64,000 bases of DNA from the human T2T-CHM13v2.0 reference genome, Homo sapiens. The notes under the pieces were generated by a model. That model was not told where the DNA came from and made no database searches. It worked only from the letters and a program-made list of their open reading frames with translations. The stretch lies in NCBI RefSeq assembly GCF_009914755.1, contig NC_060929.1; one strand, 5' to 3'. Positions 56,318 to 64,000 of the stretch are shown piece after piece; the first letter of the stretch is position 1, and every line of letters starts with the position of its first letter. A program made the position numbers and the translations under genes.

Positions 56318-56647
56318 TAAAGAGCCAGGAAAGGTCAACGCTTGCAAATAACCCCTTAAGTGGAAGTACATAGATTGTTAGTTCAGGTTCTTCTGGAATG
56401 TTGGACATAAACCTAAGTATAAAAAATGTAGTGTTGCAACAAAAATTTGGATTTTTTTTTAAAATTTGTTAGATTCCTGCCTATGCAAAGGGTAGCACCA
56501 GCTACAGAGCACTTCATACGGATCCCAGGCAAGGAAAAAATAGAGAAGAGATTATGCTGCATCTGCCCCTTCTCTGTGTGGACCATGATACCATTGTTTG
56601 TTCTCTATCATGGACTAAATAAATCAGAGACTCTAAGTAGATGTGAG

Positions 56648-56650
<3 letters not shown>

Positions 56651-56682
<32 letters not shown>
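56651..56682 (+). repeat. (TG)16 microsatellite
   Basis: Direct count. Confidence 0.95.
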
Positions 56683-56684
<2 letters not shown>

Positions 56685-59609
56685 CAACTGAGTGTGTGTT
56701 TTATCCCTGCCAATGGTAACTTTATTTGCAAAGCTGAGTACGTTTGGAAGATAGAAACAATACTTTCTTGCAACTGATGGGGTAAGCAGGCTAAGCAAAA
56801 AAAGAAAAGTCAAGGACATCCCTGAAGTTTCTGGTTATGGCAACTGACAAGATGTTACCATCAATCCCCAGGGCTTGAGACAGAGGATGGCCTGGTTTGT
56901 GGGTTAGATGGGATAGGTAACTGTCAACCTTTTGAATTGGAGGTATCCTGTAGGCTCTCCATGTGCAGATGTCTAATAGGCTGTGGCTGTCCAGTCTTGA
57001 AATTCTGGAGAGAGGCTTGAGCTGGATAAAGATTTAGCAGTTGACAGCTAATAATTTCATGGGACTTGGTATGATCATCTGAGAAAAAAATGTACAAGGA
57101 AGAGAAATAAGAAGTTCACATGACAGTGCAGGTACTCAAGGAATAGGAAGGGGAAGAAAATCCTGTGAAACAAGTGGGGGAAAAAAAAGAACACCTTACT
57201 TTCCTTTACATGTGCTATTCACTCAGTGCAAACTTGACCTGTCATTCCACAGGGCGAGTTTTATTCCCCATCCCACCACTCAGAGTTGACCTCCTTTATG
57301 TCCCCTAAATCAGAGGCCACAAAATTAATGTACATAGGACATATTCGGCCCCTAGATAGGTTTTATTTGGCCTATGGATTTCTTTAGAATTTTGAATCAA
57401 GTGCCAGTCTATTCACATTTCAGTTTGCCACAGGCCCCGTTTCTGCCTTCTGTCTTACACCAGTCCTATTCCTCTCAGGCCTTTATTTTATATGCCAAAC
57501 CTCTGAAAGCTCTCACAATTGCAAAAATATCACGGATCTTCCTATGTCTATTTTTTTCTTGTGGAATACCTCTCTGCCTATTGCAAATCTATTCATCCCA
57601 CAGGGTGTGACCTGTGGTTCACGTCTTTGGTGAAGCTTCCTGCCCTCTGAATTTTTATAGCCCTTAATGGGTTGTTATTGTTGTTATTATTCTCTTGATG
57701 AGTGACTCAGCATACATAGCACATGGATTCTATGACTCCTATGAATAGGGAAATAAACAAAGGGCTCTGCAGTTTTGTGCTCTGACTCATAGATGCAACT
57801 ACCAGGGAATTTGCTCTTTTTAGTGGCTTGTTTCCTGTTCTAATGAGAAAAATGGAAAGCACAGCTCAGAAACAGACTCTACTTAGAAAATGTGGATGGT
57901 ATGTCTGTCCAGCATGACAATGTCAAATCTCACATTTTGAAATGCCAACTTACAACTTTTCTGCCATTTACTCTGACACTAGCATGTTGAGTTGCACTAA
58001 CAGTTCCTTTTTCTGATTATTGGTGATGCAATATTATCAGCTTCTCTTGGCTGGTGCCACATGTTGCAGTTAAGTCTCTGCAGCTGTCTACTCTGCGGTA
58101 TGTATAGGAGGGCTTTGGTGCATATGTGATCTGTGCAGGGATGCCTTTCTGACCAGAACCTTTGGGAAAACTGCACAGTGAGAGACGGAAGAATTGCCAG
58201 GATCAGCCTTACCATGCTTTACAATCTGTGTCCAGGAGTGGCACTGCCCCACCCACTGATGAATCATCACACTGATATTATCAAAGGAGACATTACATTT
58301 TCAATGTCATGTTTTAGGTTTATAATTTAATTTTCAGCTCTGGCAATTCCAGAAGCATCCCTAGGGACATATGAAGAGGAAGGGGCTAGCGTGTACTCGA
58401 AATGAATACATGTTCATTTCTTGAGCACCTTAATTGGCATGCACATCTCACAAGCTCCCTTTTTCTCTGCTGCAGCCAAACTCTCTCACACCACCAAGTT
58501 ACTCAATATTCCTCCTGCACTGACTGCCTTCCTTTCCACTCAACCTCAAGTCAGATCTACTTTAGTAATAAATCTCTGCTGGGAATGATCAGAACAAATA
58601 CTGAGTGTGCACCACAATATTAAAAATAAGTGTAATATAGACTTATTTAATAAGGTCCAACAGACTTTTATAACATTTGGAATATTTTACCAAAGGTACT
58701 ATCAGCATTATGTTTAATGCATTTTCTCCAAGACAGAAAAATCTTTTCAAGAATGAGGGGGGAAAAGAAAAAAAACACAAAACACAGAGAAAAGTCAGAT
58801 GGGCTCTGATGCATTCTCACTCAACTAAATCTGTGATTCTCCTTCCTTTCCCAGATCTTTCTCTTCGGCCAGACCCACAAAATGTGAAGCCTCTTTGTGT
58901 TCACCCTGATTTATGAATAGTCGGCACTGGGCAATTGCGGTCCCAGTGGGATACATTTCAGTTTAAAAATAGTCTGAAGCACTTTCTTTCAAATTCCCAC
59001 ATGTCCACTGCCACCTCATAATATGTGCTTCTCCTTCTGTCCTTGTGCAGTTAAAGTCGGATCCATGTACGGGGAATGAAAGCACTGAATTTGTTTGTAG
59101 CACTTTGAACCAAAATGGTGAATTTATTTAGAGAGTAGTTCCAGCGAGTTAAGTTAGTTTCAATGGACATATTGGCTGCAACTGGAGCATTGATGGAAGG
59201 GAGGCATACTACTTTAATGTCCTCAAAAAGAAAAAAAGAAAGAAAGAAAATAAATAAATAAAATCCAGTCAACTGCAGGATAAGTATCCATAGGCCAAAC
59301 AAATCCCTCTCAAAATGACTGCAAGTTCAGGTGACACCAACAGCTGTCAAAAGACCCCTGTTTGCCTGGCGGCAGCTTTGGGTTCAAATTCTTCCTAGTT
59401 TACAGTGACATTTCATTTAATGCTTGCACTCTGACTCCATTTGTCTGCCCTGCAAAAGCTCTGCAAAGAGCTGACCCAGTTAACACTTTCTGTTTCACAA
59501 ACCCAGAGACTGAACAGCAGGGAGGCTACAGCAAAGTGCTGAGTTGTCCTAGCTGAGCAGTAAGGGGACAATGACTGTGGCCACAGTCCATGTCATTTTT
59601 GTTTCTAGA

Positions 59610-59732
59610 CCAGTGGTGACTCATTGGACTCTCCTGGGCAGTTCTGAAAAGTCTGCATGTCCTAGTCTCACCCAAGACCAATTAAATCCCAATCTGTGGC
59701 AGGGAGGACCCAGGCATCAGCATTTTTTAAAA
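59610..59732 (+). mobile_element. MER5-family DNA transposon fragment
   Basis: 'ccagtggt...cacccaagaccaattaaatcccaatctgtgg...ggacccaggcatcagcattttttaaaa'. Confidence 0.55.
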
Positions 59733-60306
59733 CCAAATCTTTATATAAATAAAATGTCTCAAGGGATTTGAGTGCAAAAGGACATACTCTATAGAATATA
59801 ATATTTCTTTGGTAACTGATGACATTTCAAGCTTATAGGACCTCATACTTAGCATAGTGACTTAGAATCTCACTTTTCACTCAGAAGCTCATAATAGAGT
59901 CTTTTGATTCTTCAGGGGTTTAGGTTAATAAATGCAATATAACCGAAGCTCATTATGTAGTGTTTCTAAACCACTATCGAGTAATCATTTGCTGGTGTAT
60001 TAGGCATTGCAAGCCCTTGGTGCCATAGTCCATCTCCTTGTTTCTGAGTCAGAAGAAGCAGGTGGACTGATTCTTCTGGCACCCCTGCTTCTCAGCCCAC
60101 ATTGTGTCAAACATTAAAAGTGAGGTTTTAATTTGAGTACCTGGCTTGGAATGTAACAGGTAACAGTTGATTATGTTAATTGATCCAACGTCTTCAAAGT
60201 CAAAGCAGTAATGATGAATCTGGACCTACTATTGGAAGAAAATGATCAAGTTACATTTATGTTGAAAGATGAAGTCAGTAGGGAAAGATTCTGTTAAAAT
60301 AGTGGG

Positions 60307-60720
60307 TTTCATGCGCATCCATGTGAAGAGACCACCAAACAGGCTTTGTGTGAGTAACAAGGCTGTTTATTTCACCTGGGTGCAGGCGGGCTGAGTCTGA
60401 AAAGAGAGTCAGCAAAGGGAGATAGGGGTGGGGCCATTTTATAAGATTTGGGTAGGTAAAGGAAAATTACAGTCAAAGGGGGGTTGTTCTCTGGTGGGCT
60501 GGAGTGGGGGTCACAGGGTGTTCAGTAGGGGAGCTTTTGAGCCAGGATGAGCCAGGAGAAGGAATTTCACAAGATAATGTCATCAGTTAAGGCAGGAACA
60601 GGCCATTTTCATTTCTTTTGTGGTGGAATGTCATCAGTTAAGGCAGGAACCGGCCATCTGGATGTGTACGTGCAGGTCACAGGGGATATGATGGCTTAGC
60701 TTGGGCTCAGAGGCCTGACA
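60307..60720 (-). mobile_element. HERV-H 3' LTR (LTR7), 414 bp
   Basis: Minus strand begins TGTCAGGCCTCTGAGCCCAAG and ends GCGCATGAAA; TATAAAA (plus 60437-60443), AATAAA (plus 60366-60371); 24-bp U3 direct repeats at 60576-60599 and 60627-60650; preceded by polypurine tract AAGAAGACAGGAA (60721-60733). Confidence 0.95.
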
Positions 60721-63700
60721 TTCCTGTCTTCTTATATTAATAAGAAAAATAAAATGAAATAGTGGTAAAATGTTGGGGAAAATTTTTGGGGGTGGGATGG
60801 AGAGATAATGGGCGACGTTTCTCAGGGCTGCCTCGAGCGGGATTGGGGCGGCGTGGGAACCTAGAGTGGGAGAGATTAAGCTGAAGGAAGATTTTGTGGT
60901 AAGGGGTGATATTGTGGGGTTGTTAGAAGAAACATTTGTCATTTAGAATTATTGGTGATGGCCTGGATATGGTTTTGTATGAATTGAAAAACTAAATGGG
61001 GCCGGGTGCGGTGGCTCACGCCTGTAATCCCAGCACTTCGGGAGGCCGAGGGGGGCGGATCACGAGGTCAGGAGATTGAGACCATCCTGGCTAACACGGT
61101 GAAACCCCTTCTTTACTAAAAATACAAAAAATTAGCCGGGCGAGGTGGCGGGCGCCTGAAGTCCCAGCTACTCGGGAGGCTGAGGCAGGAGAATGGCGTA
61201 AACCCCAGGGGGCGGAGCCTGCAGTGAGCCGAGATCGTGCCACTGCACTCCAGCCTGGGCGACAGCGAGACTCCGTCTCAAAAAAACAAACAAACAAACA
61301 AAAAACCCAAAAACTAAATGGAATAAGAGAAGGAGAAAAACAGGTATTAAAGGTCTAAGAATTGGGAGGACCCAGGGCATCTAATTAGAGAGTGCCTAAG
61401 GAGATTCAGCATAGTCCTGCCAGCAAAGATTATTTATTTACTTTAAGAGTTAAGAGTGGCAGTTTGGGGATAGCACGAGGAGGTATCAGCTGTGATGGCT
61501 TGGAGAAACAGTGTAAACTGGCAGTGTAAACAAGAGCAGGGCATGTATGAGTAGTTGAGAACGGTGAATAGGAGTGTGACTAGACAGAAGATAGTAGGGA
61601 TGACAAGTTTTTGGGGGCACAGTCCGAGTTGGTCTGGTGTCTGGACTGAGACTGGGGCTTAATAAAAAGGAGCGTCCATACAGGAGCTCAAATGGGCTGT
61701 ACCCTGTAGCATTCCGAGGACAGGCCTGACTTCTGAGAAGGGAAAGTGGTAAAAGTATTGTCCAGTCCTTTTTAAGTTGGTGGCTGAGCCTGGTGAGGTG
61801 TGTTTTTAAAGGACCTTTAGTCCGTTCTACCTTTCCTGAAGACTGAGGACTGTAAGGGATATAAAGGTTTCACCGAATACCAAGAGCCTGAAAAACTGCT
61901 TGGCTGATTTGACTAATAAAGGCTGGTCTGTTAACAGACTGTATAGAGGTGGGAAGGCTAAACTGAGGAATTATGTCTGACAGAAGGAAAGAAATGACTG
62001 CAGTGGCCTTCTCAGACCCTGTAGGAAAGGCCTCTACCTATCCAGTGAAAGTGTCTACCCAGACTAAGAGGTATTTTAGTTATCTGACTGGGGACATGCT
62101 GATTAAAGCTAATTTGCCAGTCCTGGGTGGGGGCAAATCCTCGAGCTTGATGTGTGTAGGGAAGGGAGGGGGCCTGAATAATCCTTGAGAAGTAGTAGAA
62201 CAGCAGATGGAACACTGAGAAGTTATTTCCTTGAGGATAGATTTCCACGATGGAAAGGAAATGAGAGGTTTTAAGAGGCAGGCTAGTGGCCTGTACTATA
62301 GCATAGCCTGCCTTTGCTGGTGTGTGGCGATTAGGCCTGGTGGAACTGCCATCAATAAACTAAGTGTGATCAGGGTGAGGAACAGGAAAGAAGGAAATAT
62401 GGGGAAATGGGGTGAACGTCAGGTGGATCAGAGAGATGCAGTCATGAGGGTCAGGTGTGGTATCTGGAATAATGTGGGAGGCTGGATTGAAGTCCGGGCC
62501 AGGAACAATGGTAATTATGGGAGACTCAACAAAGAGTGAGTACAGCTGAAGGAGCCAGGGAGCAGAAAGTATATGTGTCAGGTGGGAGGAAGAAAAGATT
62601 TTGGAAGTTACGAGAAATGTAGAGAGTGAGTTGAGCATAGTTTGTGATTTTTAGGGCCTTTAAAAGTATTAAAGCAGCAGCAGCTGCTGCACGCAGACAT
62701 GAGGGCTAGGCTAAAACAGTAAGGTCAAGTTGTTTGGACAGAAAGGCTATCGGGTGCGGTCCTGGCTCTTGTGTAAGGATTCTGACCACACTAACCATGC
62801 CTAGGAAGGAAAGGAGTTGTTGTTTTGTAAGGGATTGAGGTTTGGGAGATTAGTCGGACATGATCAGCAGGGAGAGCACGTGTGTTTTTATGAGAATTAT
62901 GCCGAGATGGGTAACAGATGAGGATGAAATTTGGGCTTGACTGAAGTAAAGGGGACTGTCTGTGAAGCCTTGCGGCAGTACAGCCCAGGTAATTTGCTGA
63001 GCCTAATGGGTGTCAGGGTCAGTCCAAGTGAAAGCGAAGAGAGGCTGGGATGAAGATCCAGAACAGAATAATGCGTTGTAGAGGGAGGTATTGAGGATAG
63101 GAGAGTATATGAGTTTAGCACCATGGGGTGGATAGGCAAAACAATTTGGTTGATAAGGCACAGATCCTGAACTAACCTGTAAGTCTTGTCTGGTTTTAGG
63201 ACAGGTAAAATGGGGGAATTGTAATGAGAGTTTATAGGCTTTAAAAAGCCATGATGTAACAGGCGAGTGATAACAGGCTCTAATCCTTTTAAAGCGTGCT
63301 GTGGGATGGGATATTGGCATGGAGGGGGGTAAGAGTGATTAGGTTTTAATGGGATGGTAAGGGGTGCATGATTGGTCGATAAGGAAGGAGTAGAGGTGTC
63401 TTATACTTGTGGGTTAAGGTGGGGAGATACAAGGGGAGGATATGAAGGAGGCTTTGAACTGAGGGAAAAGGCAGCAATGAGGTGTGGCTGTAGCCCAGGA
63501 ATAGTCAGGGAAGCCCATAACTTAGTTAAAGTGTCTCGGCCTAATAAGGGAACTGGGCAGGTGGAGATAACTAAAAAGGAGTGCTTAAAAGAGTATTATC
63601 TAAGTTGGCCCCAGAATTGGGGAGTTTTAAGAGGTTTAGAAGCCTGGCCGTCAATACCTACAACAGTTATGGAGGCAAGGGAACAGCCCTTGAAAAGAAG

Positions 63701-64000
63701 GTAATGTGGAGTGGGTAGCCTCCTTATTGATTAAGAAGGGGACGGACTTACTTTCCACTGTGAGAGTTACCCGAAGCTCAGCATCCGTGATGGCCTAGGG
63801 GGCTTCCGAGGTGATCGGGCAGCGTCAGTCTTCAGCCGCTAAGCCGAGAAGATCTGGGAAGGAGTCAGAAAGCCTTGGGCCAGAGTTCCAGGGGCTCTGG
63901 GAGTGGATGCCAGGTGAGTTGAACAGTCCGATTTTTCAGTGGGGTCCCACACAGATGGGACATGGCTTAGGAGGAATCCTGGGCTGCGGGCATTCCTTGG
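60721..64000 (-). mobile_element. HERV-H internal region (defective pol and env remnants); continues beyond the window
   Basis: Contiguous with LTR7 and the PPT; minus-strand peptides 'NSYTLLSSIPPSTTHYSVLDL' and 'SSQPLFAFTWTDPDTH' are retroviral RT segments, split across frames. Confidence 0.93.
61000..61308 (+). mobile_element. Alu SINE, AluY (Ye5-like), inserted in HERV-H
   Basis: 'gggcgaggtggcg', 'aaccccaggggggcggagcctgcag', 'gggcgacagcgagactcc' Ye-type diagnostics; (AAAC)n tail; perfect 13-bp TSD aaaaactaaatgg at 60987-60999 and 61309-61321. Confidence 0.93.

Noticed and set aside
60576-60650. Direct repeats with a spacer resembling a mini CRISPR array
   Set aside because: Known U3 tandem repeats of LTR7 in a eukaryotic genome; only two copies and no cas genes
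61973-63704. Several +-strand ORFs of 71-110 aa within HERV-H
   Set aside because: Antisense to the provirus; by-products of its purine-rich composition

Overview
Primate (most likely human) genomic DNA: AT-rich, repeat-dense and almost entirely intronic. The only protein-coding feature I can support is the start-codon exon of teneurin-2 (TENM2/ODZ2, + strand). The exon spans 47438-47737 (300 nt) with CDS 47512-47737, encoding the N-terminus of the intracellular domain ([15 protein letters not shown]...[13 protein letters not shown]...). It has a canonical 3' splice site, so the upstream ~47 kb is probably 5'-UTR intron. The rest is transposon-derived or unique intronic sequence: about 16 Alus (J, S and Y classes, most with visible TSDs), a ~7-kb decayed antisense L1M element carrying a nested MER2, an AluJ and microsatellites, L2 and MIR relics, MaLR LTRs (THE1, MLT1), DNA transposon relics (Tigger2a, MER2, MER5, MER33, MER58), and the 3' part of an antisense HERV-H provirus (LTR7 at 60307-60720) interrupted by an AluYe5-like element. 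I found no convincing undescribed system. The most testable hypotheses are a single-exon AUG circRNA or truncated intracellular-domain peptide from the TENM2 exon, and antisense HERV-H activity inside TENM2. Repeat family calls are by eye against remembered consensus sequences; boundaries of old repeats are approximate.
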